From the IMG/VR virus record IMGVR_UViG_2872169409_000001: a DNA stretch of 40,324 nt. One strand, given 5' to 3'. Both the position numbers and the translations under genes were made by a program. The notes beneath the pieces were generated by a model. It searched no databases. It was not told the DNA's origin and saw only the letters and a list, made by a program, of their open reading frames with translations. Source of the DNA: a virus. Lineage: Duplodnaviria > Heunggongvirae > Uroviricota > Caudoviricetes. Shown here piece after piece: positions 10,485 to 20,013 of this stretch. Within the stretch, counting starts at the first letter, position 1. Each line of letters starts with the position of its first letter.

Positions 10485-10766
10485 ATGGGTACTATTGCAA
10501 CTAAAAGCAAGAAAGCGGCTCGCATCGAGTCAGCCTTGCTGAACAAACTGGCACTGATGGGGCAGAAGACATTCGCTCGAGCAATGGGGGTTCCTGAATA
10601 TCAGGTAAGCCGATGGAAGAATGGTTTCTTCTCGCAGGTAAGCATGATGCTTGCTGTTCTGGAATACGGAATCGAAGACGATGAAATGGCTGAATTGACT
10701 AAGCGGCTTGCCGATTACCTGACAAAAGAAAAAGCCCCGAAGAACGGCGAATTCTTCGAGGCCTAA
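10485..10766 (+). CDS. cII: CII-like transcriptional activator
   Basis: RIESALLNK...SRWK...LAVLE pattern parallels lambda CII as recalled. Confidence 0.8.
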   Translation: MGTIATKSKKAARIESALLNKLALMGQKTFARAMGVPEYQVSRWKNGFFSQVSMMLAVLEYGIEDDEMAELTKRLADYLTKEKAPKNGEFFEA

Positions 10767-10800
10767 TGTAGAAAGACTGGATCAATCCACGGGAGTAATT

Positions 10801-10947
10801 ATGACAAAACAACTCAGTCCTTACCAGGACAAAATTCACAAACACATACTACGTGATCGCTTCCTGTCCAGCTTCAAGCAGCATGGTCGATTCCGGGCTG
10901 AGTTGGAAAAAGTGAAGCTGATGCAGAAGGAGAAAGGTCATGAGTAA
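10801..10947 (+). CDS. Small basic ORF (48 aa) between cII and the O-like gene
   Basis: Read by eye; GGGAG RBS; function unknown. Confidence 0.35.
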   Translation: MTKQLSPYQDKIHKHILRDRFLSSFKQHGRFRAELEKVKLMQKEKGHE

Positions 10948-11392
10948 TCTTGCAACCGTAACACATTTAAGGCCTTCACAACGGCCTGTGGAGCGTCGTG
11001 TGGCAGAAGTTGAAGATGGTTATACCCGTCTTGCAAATGCCCTGTATGAAGAGCTTATCGGCGCAGATTTAACGAAAAATCAGAGCAAGGTTGCCCACGC
11101 CATATGCCGTAAAACATACGGCTACGGTAAAAAGATGGATCGCATCTCTGATAGTCAGTTAGCTCAAATTACCAGGCTGCCAAGACAGAAGGTAAACAAG
11201 GCCAAGAATGAGCTTATCGCGATGAAGGTTATCCTTCGCGAAGGCCAGCAAATCGGGCCTAACAAGAACATCGAGGAATGGCAAATAGAAGGGTGTCACT
11301 ACTCTGGTGATAATGTCACTGCATTGGTGACAAAAAGTGTCACCAAAACAGGGACACACAAAAGAAACTATTACAAAAGAAAAAAGAAATAA
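10940..11392 (+). CDS. Replication initiator O-like, origin-binding N-terminal domain only (150 aa)
   Basis: [14 protein letters not shown]...TKNQSKV...[25 protein letters not shown] parallels lambda O N-domain as recalled. Confidence 0.8.
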   Translation: MSNLATVTHLRPSQRPVERRVAEVEDGYTRLANALYEELIGADLTKNQSKVAHAICRKTYGYGKKMDRISDSQLAQITRLPRQKVNKAKNELIAMKVILREGQQIGPNKNIEEWQIEGCHYSGDNVTALVTKSVTKTGTHKRNYYKRKKK

Positions 11393-11400
11393 TAAAAACA
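11291..11400. repeat. Putative replication origin: GTGTCAC/GGTGACA iteron cluster followed by about 40 bp AT-rich tract
   Basis: Repeated TGTCAC/GTGACA motifs 11293..11359, then AAAAGAAA-rich 11360..11400 at 3-prime end of the O-like gene. Confidence 0.5.
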
Positions 11401-11402
11401 CT

Positions 11403-11777
11403 ATGTCCGAAAGTGTTCGGACGGAGTGTGAAAAATCACATGACCGTCACGAAGAAACCGACAAGGCATTCGAGGAAATATTCTGGTGTGCAGGCATGCG
11501 GAAAGCCGGGAAGAAAAACGCAGCTTCGGCATTCAGAACACAGTTCAGGGAATGGCGTAAAACTACCAGGGGTACGGCAAGCGAGTTTGCCACGATGCTG
11601 GCAGAAGACATCGCATGCAGGAATGGTAAGCAGTTCGGATTCGACAGGTTGTTACCATCGAGCTACCTGAACGGTCAACGCTGGAACGACGAGAAGCCAG
11701 AAACTATTCAACCACAATCCAAACCATCATCCGCAATCACCGTATCGAAAACTGGCTACGTGTTTTTCGACAGGTGA
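11403..11777 (+). CDS. Hypothetical replication-module protein (124 aa)
   Basis: ATG at index 22 of track ORF 11337..11777; lies between O-like gene and primase-helicase. Confidence 0.5.
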   Translation: MSESVRTECEKSHDRHEETDKAFEEIFWCAGMRKAGKKNAASAFRTQFREWRKTTRGTASEFATMLAEDIACRNGKQFGFDRLLPSSYLNGQRWNDEKPETIQPQSKPSSAITVSKTGYVFFDR

Positions 11778-11884
11778 ACCATGAAATCAAAAATCAAATC
11801 GCTACTGGTTGCTGGTTATAACCACGGCTGGTTAAGTATTTCGTTTGTCGATTTCTGGTTTAAAAATCTCAATCTGAGGGAATC

Positions 11885-13765
11885 ATGACGCCAAGTGAAC
11901 TTAGCGACCTGCTTTGGGCGCAGGTTGACAGGGTGGCTCCGCACCTGTTGCCAAACGGCAAGAAAGAGGGGCATGAGTGGGTTGCCGGTAACGTCAATGG
12001 TGACAAGGGAAACAGCCTTAAGGTCAACCTTAGCGGCAAGAAAAAATGGGCTGATTTCGCTGAGGGAGACGGCGGTGACATGCTTGATTTGTGGATGGCA
12101 TGTCGTGGAATTAACCTGCATCAGGCTATGCAGGAAGCGAAAGCATTTCTCGGTATCAAGGATGACGATCACCATTTCGATGCCAAACGTGAGAAAAAAT
12201 TCTCCAGACCTGATCGCAAGAAAATCGCCCGCTACGTTACCAGAACAGAATCCCATCTTGAGTACCTGCAATCGCGTGGCATATCGCCAGAAGTCGTAAA
12301 GCGCTACGAGGTTGTCAGCGGCAAGGTGTGGAATGGAGAACGAGAACTTGATGCACTGGTGCTTCCGTACAAACGCGATGGTGAGTTGTTGCAGGTCAAG
12401 CGAATCAGCACTGAGCGCCCGGACGGGAAGAAAGTCATTATGGCAGAAGGTGATTGCGAACCTTGTCTGTTCGGATGGCAGGCTCTGGACGCTGGCGTGA
12501 GGGCGGTTGTACTTTGCGAAGGCGAAATTGATTGTATGAGCTATGCGCAATACGGCATCTCGGCGTTATCCGTGCCGTTTGGTGGAGGGAAAGGCGCTAA
12601 GCAACAGTGGATTGAGTTTGAGTACCACAACCTCGACAGGTTTGAGGAAATATTCATCTCGATGGACGTTGATGATGTTGGTCGTGAAGCCGCAAGGGAA
12701 ATCGCAAGCCGACTCGGTGAACATCGTTGCCGTCTTGTTACTCTGCCGTACAAAGACATCAACGAATGCCTGATGAACGGTGTTACCGAGGATGAAATCT
12801 GGCAGTACATCGGCACGGCATCCTACTTTGATCCTGAAGAACTCTACAGCGCGCGAGAGTTTTACCAGGACACTATCAACGCTTTCTACGGCAAGCAGCA
12901 GTATCTGTTTAATCCACCGTGGGAATCTCTGGCAGATAAATTCCAGTTTCGTGAGGCCGAGTTGACGCTGGTCAATGGTGTGAACGGTCACGGAAAAACG
13001 GAGGTTGTCGGGCATATGGCACTTGAGGCAATGCGTCAGGGTGTGAAGACGTGCATCGCGTCACTTGAGCTGAAGCCTGGTATTCTCCTTAAGCGCCTTA
13101 CCCGTCAGGCGACGTGCTGCAAGATGCCGCCAGTGCTGGAAATTGACTCTGCATTTAAATTTTATGACGAAAGACTTTGGGTGTTTGGCCTGACTGGAAC
13201 GGCGAAAGCCGACAGGCTGATCGAAATATTCGACTACGCTCGCCGCCGATACGGCATCCAGTTATTCATCATCGACAGCCTGATGAAATGCGGCATAGGT
13301 GACGATGACTATAACGGGCAGAAAGCATTTGTTGACTCGATTTGTGACTTCAAAAACAAAACAAACTCCCACGTCATTCTCGTTACTCACTCCAGAAAAG
13401 GAGATAGCGAAGAAAAACCAACCGGGAAAATGGACGTAAAAGGCTCTGGAGCGATAACAGACCTGACAGACAACCTTTTTATCATCTGGCGTAACAAGGC
13501 TCGCGAGAGAGCGTTACAGAGAGTTCAGAGTGGTGAAAAGATGTCAGAGAAGGACGAACAGCTACTGGCATCTCCGGCATCTGTTTTGATGCTTGAAAAA
13601 CAACGTAACGGCGAAGGTTGGGAAGGTGGTGTCCCGTTGTTCCTTGACGAGCAATCGCACCAGTTCCTGCAACTTGAATCAGGATCGCCTTATAGCTACA
13701 TCGCCAATATGCCGAAATCGGAATATGACGAGGCGTGGCGACAGGAAAACGTGACGGAGTATTAA
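11885..13765 (+). CDS. Bifunctional primase-helicase (TOPRIM primase domain plus DnaB-like helicase domain)
   Basis: CEGEIDCMS TOPRIM-like segment; Walker A GVNGHGKT and Walker B-like IIDSLM in C-terminal half. Confidence 0.85.
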   Translation: MTPSELSDLLWAQVDRVAPHLLPNGKKEGHEWVAGNVNGDKGNSLKVNLSGKKKWADFAEGDGGDMLDLWMACRGINLHQAMQEAKAFLGIKDDDHHFDAKREKKFSRPDRKKIARYVTRTESHLEYLQSRGISPEVVKRYEVVSGKVWNGERELDALVLPYKRDGELLQVKRISTERPDGKKVIMAEGDCEPCLFGWQALDAGVRAVVLCEGEIDCMSYAQYGISALSVPFGGGKGAKQQWIEFEYHNLDRFEEIFISMDVDDVGREAAREIASRLGEHRCRLVTLPYKDINECLMNGVTEDEIWQYIGTASYFDPEELYSAREFYQDTINAFYGKQQYLFNPPWESLADKFQFREAELTLVNGVNGHGKTEVVGHMALEAMRQGVKTCIASLELKPGILLKRLTRQATCCKMPPVLEIDSAFKFYDERLWVFGLTGTAKADRLIEIFDYARRRYGIQLFIIDSLMKCGIGDDDYNGQKAFVDSICDFKNKTNSHVILVTHSRKGDSEEKPTGKMDVKGSGAITDLTDNLFIIWRNKARERALQRVQSGEKMSEKDEQLLASPASVLMLEKQRNGEGWEGGVPLFLDEQSHQFLQLESGSPYSYIANMPKSEYDEAWRQENVTEY

Positions 13766-13841
13766 ATGACCATCTACATCACTGAGCTTGTAACAGGCCT
13801 GCTGGTAATCGCAGGCCTTTTTATTTGGGGGAGAGTAAATC

Positions 13842-14048
13842 GTGGCTGAGCTGATTTTCTCTGCATTGAGGCTTCTCGGTGCGTCGTGGATGGTGGTGAC
13901 GTTCATTGTGATTGCCAGCAGTTTTATCCGGTTGGTAGGTGAAGGTAAAGACATGGTGGGTGTGCTTTTCGGTAGCACTCTCATGTGGGTGATTATCGGT
14001 GTTGCGCCTGTCGCTGTTGCAAAAATGGCGTGGCGTTTTGTGAGTTGA
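13842..14048 (+). CDS. Small two-helix membrane protein (68 aa); overlaps a 27-aa hydrophobic peptide ORF at 13766..13849
   Basis: Track ORF with GTG start and GGGGGAGAG RBS; hydrophobic segments. Confidence 0.45.
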   Translation: MAELIFSALRLLGASWMVVTFIVIASSFIRLVGEGKDMVGVLFGSTLMWVIIGVAPVAVAKMAWRFVS

Positions 14049-14065
14049 ACTGAGGATAAGTATCG

Positions 14066-14380
14066 ATGGACGAATCAAGAAAGCAGTTTGAAGAAAGTTG
14101 GTTGCGACGTGGGGGCGAATCTTCAGACCTTATCCGTTACCCTGAAAATCACCATGAAATTGGCAGCGGTAATATTGGTGGTCAATACGTGATGGACGAT
14201 GTTCAAGGCCACTGGCAAACGTGGCAGGCATCGAGAGCAGCTATTGAAATTGAGCTGCAAAAGCCAAAGAAAGGCCCACTTCCCGGTGATTATCACATTG
14301 GCTATGACTCAGGTGCAGAATCACAATACGAAAGCGATGTAGAGGCCATCCGCACTGCTGGAGTCAAAGTGAAGGAGTGA
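14066..14380 (+). CDS. Hypothetical nin-region protein (104 aa)
   Basis: ATG with GAGGA RBS. Confidence 0.55.
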   Translation: MDESRKQFEESWLRRGGESSDLIRYPENHHEIGSGNIGGQYVMDDVQGHWQTWQASRAAIEIELQKPKKGPLPGDYHIGYDSGAESQYESDVEAIRTAGVKVKE

Positions 14381-14382
14381 GT

Positions 14383-14547
14383 ATGAGCGCATACGAAGAA
14401 ATCATGTTAGCCCTGCGATTCTTTTTCGGTGTGGAAGAAGATGAAAACGTAAATGAGATTATCGGGCAAGACCATGACCCGATAGGGACTATTGCAGCTG
14501 CACTTGACGATTACAGGAGCGTAAATGGTGAGGAAACTAACGTTTGA
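14383..14547 (+). CDS. Small acidic ORF (54 aa)
   Basis: AAGGAG RBS 6 nt before ATG; overlaps ninB start by 23 nt. Confidence 0.4.
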   Translation: MSAYEEIMLALRFFFGVEEDENVNEIIGQDHDPIGTIAAALDDYRSVNGEETNV

Positions 14548-14968
14548 ACTAAGAAGCCCCATCCATCAGCAGAACGCCATTCAAGCTATCCAGAAAATTC
14601 TTCCAGACCCAACCAAACCAATCGTAGTAACCATTCAGGAACGCAACCGCAGCTTAGACCAAAACAGGAAGCTATGGGCCTGCTTAGGTGACGTCTCTCG
14701 TCAGGTTGAATGGCATGGGCGTTGGCTGGATGCAGAAAGCTGGAAGTGTGTGTTTACCGCAGCATTAAAGCAGCAGGACGTTGTTCCTAACCTTGCCGGG
14801 AATGGCTTTGTGGTAATAGGCCAGTCAACCAGCAGGATGCGTGTAAGCGAATTTGCGGAGCTATTAGAGCTTATACAGGCATTCGGTACAGAGCGTGGCG
14901 TTAAGTGGTCAGACGAAGCGCGACTGGCTCTGGAGTGGAAAGCGCGATGGGGAGACCGGGCAGCATGA
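14525..14968 (+). CDS. ninB: NinB (Orf-family recombination mediator)
   Basis: Near identity to lambda NinB as recalled ([49 protein letters not shown]...). Confidence 0.9.
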   Translation: MVRKLTFELRSPIHQQNAIQAIQKILPDPTKPIVVTIQERNRSLDQNRKLWACLGDVSRQVEWHGRWLDAESWKCVFTAALKQQDVVPNLAGNGFVVIGQSTSRMRVSEFAELLELIQAFGTERGVKWSDEARLALEWKARWGDRAA

Positions 14969-15138
14969 TGCGATGTTATCGGTGCGGTGAATGCAAAGAA
15001 GATAACCGCTTCCGACCAAATCAACCTTACTGGAATCGATGGTGTCTCCGGTGTGAAAGAACACCAACAGGGGTGTTACCACTACCGCAGGAAAAGGAGG
15101 ACGTGTGGCGAGACAGCGACGAAGTATCACCGACATAA
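14965..15138 (+). CDS. ninD: NinD-like small zinc-ribbon protein (57 aa)
   Basis: ATG at index 20 of track ORF 14905..15138; CYRCGEC...CLRCE motif. Confidence 0.7.
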
Positions 15139-15281
15139 TCTGTGAAAACTGCAAATACCTTCCAACGAAACGCTCCAGAAATAAACGCAAGCCAATCCCA
15201 AAAGAATCTGACGTAAAAACCTTCAACTACACGGCTCACCTGTGGGATATCCGGTGGCTAAGACATCGTGCGAGGAAATGA
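15105..15281 (+). CDS. ninE: NinE-like small basic protein (GTG start)
   Basis: Read by eye: [38 protein letters not shown]... with AAGGAGG RBS; overlaps ninD in another frame. Confidence 0.65.
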
Positions 15282-15667
15282 CAATGGATTATTCACAGTT
15301 AAGTGATTTTGAAATTAACGTGGCGGTATTCGAAGCCATTCATAACGGATCACCGGATTACAAAGAAGGTGAGAATGGCGCGATGGTGTTTATCTCATTT
15401 GAGGGAGACATTGTAAACGGAGACGCAGTTGAAGTAGAGGTTGAGCGCGGATCCTTTAACCCATGCGCAAACCCAGCAGACGCATGGCCGATTATCACTG
15501 AAAACAACATCAGCATAATTTTAGACAATCCCTCAATGCCGTGCGCTACAGACAACGCAAGGGACTTGTTTGATGATGCCGGACCGAATGTTGGTGTCGC
15601 ATATGACAATCCACTCCGTGCCGCCATGATTGTCTTTCTCATGATGCAGGACGCCAATAATGCTTAG
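15278..15667 (+). CDS. Hypothetical nin-region protein (129 aa, acidic)
   Basis: ATG at index 12 of track ORF 15242..15667, ATGA overlap with ninE stop. Confidence 0.6.
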
Positions 15668-15839
15668 CCCATCCCAATCCCTTCAATACCAGAAAGAAAG
15701 CGTCGAGCGGGCTTTAACGTGCGCTAACTGCGGTCAGAAGCTGCATGTGCTGGAAGTTCACATGTGTGAGCACTGCTGCGCAGAACTGATGAGCGATCCG
15801 AATAGCTCAATGTACGAGGAAGAAGACGATGGTAATTAG
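15660..15839 (+). CDS. ninF: NinF (small Cys-rich protein)
   Basis: [50 protein letters not shown] matches lambda NinF as recalled. Confidence 0.8.
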   Translation: MLSPSQSLQYQKESVERALTCANCGQKLHVLEVHMCEHCCAELMSDPNSSMYEEEDDGN

Positions 15840-16221
15840 CCGATACGGACAAATAACGTTTAAACATTTTCAAGACAATCCAACATGGGCTGCTGCGGCT
15901 GGATATGACTTTAATTATTTTGATTGTCTGTCAGTCGCATGTATTGCAACTACCAATGTTGCTAACAACATAATCGATGAATTCTTGGATTTTCCAGACT
16001 ATCAGGTCAGAGAGTTGCCTGCATTTTTTGTGAAAGTATCTGTTGCTACAGCTCTGTTATTTATTTTGTTATTCGCATATCCATTGCTTGCCGTATTTGT
16101 TTATGTGAGATGCAAACACTCACAAAAGAAATACAGCGGAGAGCATACCGATATTACCAGCCAAAATATGCGAGTGTGGTTGAGGAGATGCCAAGAGAAA
16201 TGGGGGAGACGTCATGGCTAA
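15829..16221 (+). CDS. AT-rich ORF encoding a 130-aa protein with one transmembrane helix
   Basis: GAGGA RBS; region 15840..16100 visibly AT-rich versus neighbours; hydrophobic VSVATALLFILLFAYPLLAVFVYV. Confidence 0.5.
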   Translation: MVISRYGQITFKHFQDNPTWAAAAGYDFNYFDCLSVACIATTNVANNIIDEFLDFPDYQVRELPAFFVKVSVATALLFILLFAYPLLAVFVYVRCKHSQKKYSGEHTDITSQNMRVWLRRCQEKWGRRHG

Positions 16222-16504
16222 CCTACGCAAAGAAGCGCGCGGAAGAGAATGCCAGGTACGTATTTACGGCGTATGCAATGGAAATCCTGAAACTACAGTT
16301 CTGGCACATTACCGGATGGCTGGAATTTGCGGAACTGGAATGAAGCCTGACGACCTGATCGGGGCATGGGCTTGTAGCGCGTGTCACGATGAAATCGACC
16401 GACGCACCCATAATCTCGACAACAAAGACGCCAGACTTTACCACCTCGAAGGCGTGATCAGGACGCAGGCGATACTGCTGAAGGAGGGAAAGATTAAGCC
16501 ATGA
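16214..16504 (+). CDS. YbcO-like (DUF1364) putative zinc-dependent nuclease
   Basis: 96 aa with conserved Cys/His; located immediately upstream of rusA as in DLP12; GGGGGAG RBS. Confidence 0.65.
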   Translation: MANLRKEARGRECQVRIYGVCNGNPETTVLAHYRMAGICGTGMKPDDLIGAWACSACHDEIDRRTHNLDNKDARLYHLEGVIRTQAILLKEGKIKP

Positions 16505-16863
16505 ACGAATATCAGTTTGTGCTTCCATACCCGCCGTCGGTGAACACCTACTGGCGAAGACGGGGAAGCCAATACTACATCAGCGATAAAGGCCAGAAAT
16601 ACCGAAAAGACGTTCAGAAAATCATCCGCCAACTCAAGTTAGACATTTTCACCAAATCACGACTCCGCATCAAAGTAATCGCAGACGTTCCAGACTCCCG
16701 CCGCCGCGACCTCGATAACATCCTGAAAGGTTTACTCGACTCACTTATCCACGCCGGATTTGCGGAAGACGACGAGCAATTCGATGACATTCGCGTAATT
16801 CGTGGTGTGAAAGTACCAGGCGGAAGGCTTGGAATAAAAATCACCGAACTGGAGAACGCATGA
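16501..16863 (+). CDS. rusA: RusA Holliday-junction resolvase
   Basis: 120 aa; PPSVNTYWRRR...RRRDLDN...GGRLGIKITELE parallels E. coli RusA as recalled. Confidence 0.9.
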   Translation: MNEYQFVLPYPPSVNTYWRRRGSQYYISDKGQKYRKDVQKIIRQLKLDIFTKSRLRIKVIADVPDSRRRDLDNILKGLLDSLIHAGFAEDDEQFDDIRVIRGVKVPGGRLGIKITELENA

Positions 16864-17048
16864 ACGCCACAATTCAAACGATACCAGAGCTTCTTATCCA
16901 GACACGAGGAAATCAGACCGAAGTGGCGAGGATGCTTTCCTGCGCAAGAGGAACAGTGCTCAAGTACAACCGAGACAGCAAAGGCGAGCGTCACGTAATA
17001 GTTAACGGCGTCCTGATGGTCAAACAGGGCAAAAGGGGAAGGCCATGA
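16860..17048 (+). CDS. ninH: NinH-like HTH protein
   Basis: GNQTEVARMLSCARGTVLKY segment parallels lambda NinH as recalled. Confidence 0.8.
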   Translation: MNATIQTIPELLIQTRGNQTEVARMLSCARGTVLKYNRDSKGERHVIVNGVLMVKQGKRGRP

Positions 17049-17668
17049 GACTCGAAAGCGTAGCTAAATTTCATTCGCCAAAAAGCCCGATGATGAGCGA
17101 CTCACCACGGGCCACGGCTTCTGACTCTCTTTCCGGTACTGATGTGATGGCTGCTATGGGGATGGCGCAATCACAAGCCGGATTCGGAATGGCTGCATTC
17201 TGCGGTAAGCATGAACTCAGCCAGAACGACAAACAAAAGGCTATCAACTATCTGATGCAATTTGCACACAAAGTATCGGGGAAATACCGTGGTGTGGCAA
17301 AGCTCGAAGGAAATACTAAGGCAAAGGTACTGCAAGTGCTCGCAACATTCGCTTATGCGGATTATTGCCGTAGTGCCGCGACGCCGGGCGCAAGATGCAG
17401 AGATTGCCACGGTACAGGCCGTGCGGTTGATATAGCCAAAACAGAGCAGTGGGGGAGAGTTGTTGAGAAAGAGTGCGGAAGATGCAAAGGTGTCGGCTAT
17501 TCAAGAATGCCAGCAAGCGCTGCATATCGCGCTGTAACGATGCTAATCCCAAACCTTACCCAACCCACCTGGTCACGCACTGTTAAGCCGCTGTATGACG
17601 CTCTGGTGGTGCAATGCCACAAAGAAGAGTCAATCGCAGACAACATTTTGAATGCGGTCACACGTTAG
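17045..17668 (+). CDS. Q: Late antiterminator Q (lambda type)
   Basis: 207 aa, essentially identical to lambda Q as recalled (MRLESVAKFHSPKSPMMSDSPRATASD...). Confidence 0.95.
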   Translation: MRLESVAKFHSPKSPMMSDSPRATASDSLSGTDVMAAMGMAQSQAGFGMAAFCGKHELSQNDKQKAINYLMQFAHKVSGKYRGVAKLEGNTKAKVLQVLATFAYADYCRSAATPGARCRDCHGTGRAVDIAKTEQWGRVVEKECGRCKGVGYSRMPASAAYRAVTMLIPNLTQPTWSRTVKPLYDALVVQCHKEESIADNILNAVTR

Positions 17669-17710
17669 CAGCATGATTGCCACGGATGGCAACATATTAA
17701 CGGCATGATA

Positions 17711-17739
17711 TTGACTTTTTGAATAAAGTTGGGTAAATT
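17711..17739 (+). promoter_or_regulatory. Late promoter pR-prime (-35 TTGACT, 17-bp spacer, -10 TAAATT) with qut region
   Basis: TTGACTTTTTGAATAAAGTTGGGTAAATTTGACTCAACGATGG matches lambda pR-prime as recalled. Confidence 0.7.
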
Positions 17740-17775
17740 TGACTCAACGATGGATAAATGCACTCGTTAAATAAA

Positions 17776-17810
17776 GCCCTGAGTTAATAGCTCGGGGCTT
17801 TTTGCGTTTT
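17776..17810 (+). terminator. Rho-independent terminator shortly downstream of pR-prime (tR-prime analogue)
   Basis: GCCCTGAG-loop-CTCGGGGC followed by TTTTTGCGTTTT. Confidence 0.5.
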
Positions 17811-17946
17811 AAGCACGACCTTTCTGAAAGCGCATCAAACCAAATACCAGACAGACCAAAATAATCACCTTATCCGCTGTGGCTACGGTGCGGTGTGCTT
17901 TGCATAAAAGAAAACCAGCTCAATGGCTGGCTTCGTGAAAGCGGGT

Positions 17947-17984
17947 GGCAAGAGGTTGCGCTAACAACCTGATGCCGTTTTGCC
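17947..17984 (+). terminator. Second terminator-like hairpin in the late leader
   Basis: GGCAAGAGGTTG...CAACCTGATGCC then GTTTTGCC; imperfect stem. Confidence 0.35.
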
Positions 17985-18101
17985 CGTGCATATCGGTCAC
18001 GAACAAATCTGATTACTAAACACAGTAGCCTGGATTTGTTCTATCAGTAATCGACCTTATTCCTAATTAAATAGAGCAAATCCCCTTATTGGGGGTAAGA
18101 C

Positions 18102-18425
18102 ATGAAGATGCCAGAAAAACATGACCTGTTAGCCGCCATTCTCGCGGCAAAGGAACAAGGCATCGGGGCAATCCTTGCGTTTGCAATGGCGTACCTTCGC
18201 GGCAGATATAATGGCGGTGCGTTTACAAAAACAGTAATCGACGCAACGATGTGCGCCATTATCGCCTGGTTCATTCGTGACCTTCTCGACTTCGCCGGAC
18301 TAAGTAGCAATCTCGCTTATATAACGAGCGTGTTCATCGGCTACATCGGTACTGACTCGATTGGTTCGCTTATCAAACGCTTCGCTGCTAAAAAAGCCGG
18401 AGTAGAAGATGGTGGAAATCAATAA
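18102..18425 (+). CDS. S: Holin S (lambda type, dual start MKM)
   Basis: [39 protein letters not shown]... matches lambda S as recalled. Confidence 0.95.
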   Translation: MKMPEKHDLLAAILAAKEQGIGAILAFAMAYLRGRYNGGAFTKTVIDATMCAIIAWFIRDLLDFAGLSSNLAYITSVFIGYIGTDSIGSLIKRFAAKKAGVEDGGNQ

Positions 18426-18885
18426 TCAACGTAAGGCGTTCCTCGATATGCTGGCGTGGTCGGAGGGAACTGATAACGGACGTCAGAAAACCAGAAATCA
18501 TGGTTATGACGTCATTGTTGGCGGAGAGCTATTCACTGATTACTCCGATCACCCTCGCAAACTTGTCACGCTAAACCCCAAACTCAAATCAACAGCAGCC
18601 GGACGTTACCAGCTTCTTTCCCGTTGGTGGGATGCCTATCGTAAGCAGCTTGGCCTGAAAGACTTCTCTCCGAAAAGCCAGGACGCTGTGGCACTGCAAC
18701 AGATTAAGGAACGTGGCGCTTTACCGATGATTGATCGCGGTGATATCCGTCAGGCAATCGACCGTTGCAGCAATATCTGGGCTTCACTGCCGGGCGCTGG
18801 TTATGGTCAGTTCGAGCATAAGGCTGACAACCTGATTGCAAAATTCAAAGAAGCTGGCGGAACGGTCAGAGAGATTGAGGTATGA
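18409..18885 (+). CDS. R: Endolysin R (lambda-type lytic transglycosylase)
   Basis: [39 protein letters not shown]... matches lambda R as recalled. Confidence 0.95.
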   Translation: MVEINNQRKAFLDMLAWSEGTDNGRQKTRNHGYDVIVGGELFTDYSDHPRKLVTLNPKLKSTAAGRYQLLSRWWDAYRKQLGLKDFSPKSQDAVALQQIKERGALPMIDRGDIRQAIDRCSNIWASLPGAGYGQFEHKADNLIAKFKEAGGTVREIEV

Positions 18886-19319
18886 GCAGAGTCACCGAGA
18901 TTATCTCCGCTCTGGTTATCTGCATCATCGTCTGCCTGTCATGGGCTGTTAATCATTACCGTGATAATGCAATCGCCTACAAAGAGCAGCGCGATAAAGC
19001 CACATCCATCATCGCTGATATGCAGAAGCGTCAACGTGATGTAGCTGAACTCGATGCCAGATACACAAAGGAGCTTGCTGATGCTAACGCGACTATCGAA
19101 AGTCTCCGTACTGATGTCTCTGCTGGTCGTAAGCGCTTGCAAATCGCCGCCACCTGTGCAAAGTCAACGACCGGAGCCAGCGGCATGGGCGATGGAGAAA
19201 GCCCAAGACTTACAGCAGATGCTGAACTCAATTATTACCGTCTCCGAAGTGGAATCGACAGGATAACCGCGCAGGTTAACTACCTGCAGGAATACATCAG
19301 GACGCAATGCCTTCGATGA
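18882..19319 (+). CDS. Rz: Rz inner-membrane spanin subunit
   Basis: N-terminal TM segment, coiled-coil periplasmic domain, directly after R. Confidence 0.85.
   Translation: MSRVTEIISALVICIIVCLSWAVNHYRDNAIAYKEQRDKATSIIADMQKRQRDVAELDARYTKELADANATIESLRTDVSAGRKRLQIAATCAKSTTGASGMGDGESPRLTADAELNYYRLRSGIDRITAQVNYLQEYIRTQCLR
19081..19266 (+). CDS. Rz1: Rz1 outer-membrane lipoprotein spanin subunit embedded in Rz (+1 frame)
   Basis: ATG at index 9 of track ORF 19054..19266; lipobox-like LLVVSAC followed by proline-rich segment. Confidence 0.75.
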   Translation: MLTRLSKVSVLMSLLVVSACKSPPPVQSQRPEPAAWAMEKAQDLQQMLNSIITVSEVESTG

Positions 19320-19700
19320 TAGCGATAATTTTACTCATCATCCTTCACATCTGGCTCTGTAGACAGGGTGGTGATCACTTCTGGAGTGAATCCAGATTAA
19401 ACATCTCATTGCTGATGCTTGATATTGAGCATCTGGCGCGCGGTAAGGGGCTGCGTTGAGATAAGAGCCAGTTCATTACAAAGCCTATCTACTGGTGGGC
19501 TTGATAATGAAACCGGAATTTATTCTGGGCAACCAGTTACGGCAGTACCGCGAAACAACCCAAGCCAGTAAGTGGGGAAATAACACTGGCAGCCACTGAA
19601 AGATGAACCTCCAGCCTTATGGCAAAAAAGATTCTTTGTGGTGGCGGACTGATGGAAAGACATCCGCTGAATCGATGATAAACAAGTGGAAGAGGTTGCG

Positions 19701-19874
19701 ATGGTTTCCGTGAACAAAGATCCGAAGGAAGGCGTTGAATACATCACTGGTGCTGATGGTGTGAAAAGACCAATGGCTTATTACAAAGCGGCTGAAGAGA
19801 GGGCAAGAATAGAAAATCCCCCTAAATGCGGATCATTTTTCGACATGCTGAATCTTCAACAATGGAAGTTGTGA
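19701..19874 (+). CDS. Small hypothetical protein (57 aa) between lysis and packaging genes
   Basis: ATG at index 5 of track ORF 19686..19874; GGAAGAGG RBS. Confidence 0.35.
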   Translation: MVSVNKDPKEGVEYITGADGVKRPMAYYKAAEERARIENPPKCGSFFDMLNLQQWKL

Positions 19875-20013
19875 ACAATTAACAGGTCGCTCAGGTGGCC
19901 TTTTTTATTGCCATCACAAAAGCCATTCCCTACAGAGTGGCTTTGATAATGGCTTATACCCTACACGGGATAACTTAACTGATATCCCTTTTAACGGATA
20001 AACGGAGCCAACA

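Noticed and set aside
11816..12550. 244-aa minus-strand ORF (plus 11869..12081 and 12541..13015) inside the primase-helicase gene
   Set aside because: Lies wholly antisense to a well-supported 626-aa gene with recognisable motifs; no RBS; typical spurious antisense ORFs.
16110..16343. 77-aa ORF overlapping the end of the AT-rich ORF and the start of the YbcO-like gene
   Set aside because: Out of frame with both neighbours and lacks a convincing RBS; the YbcO-like frame has GGGGGAG upstream.
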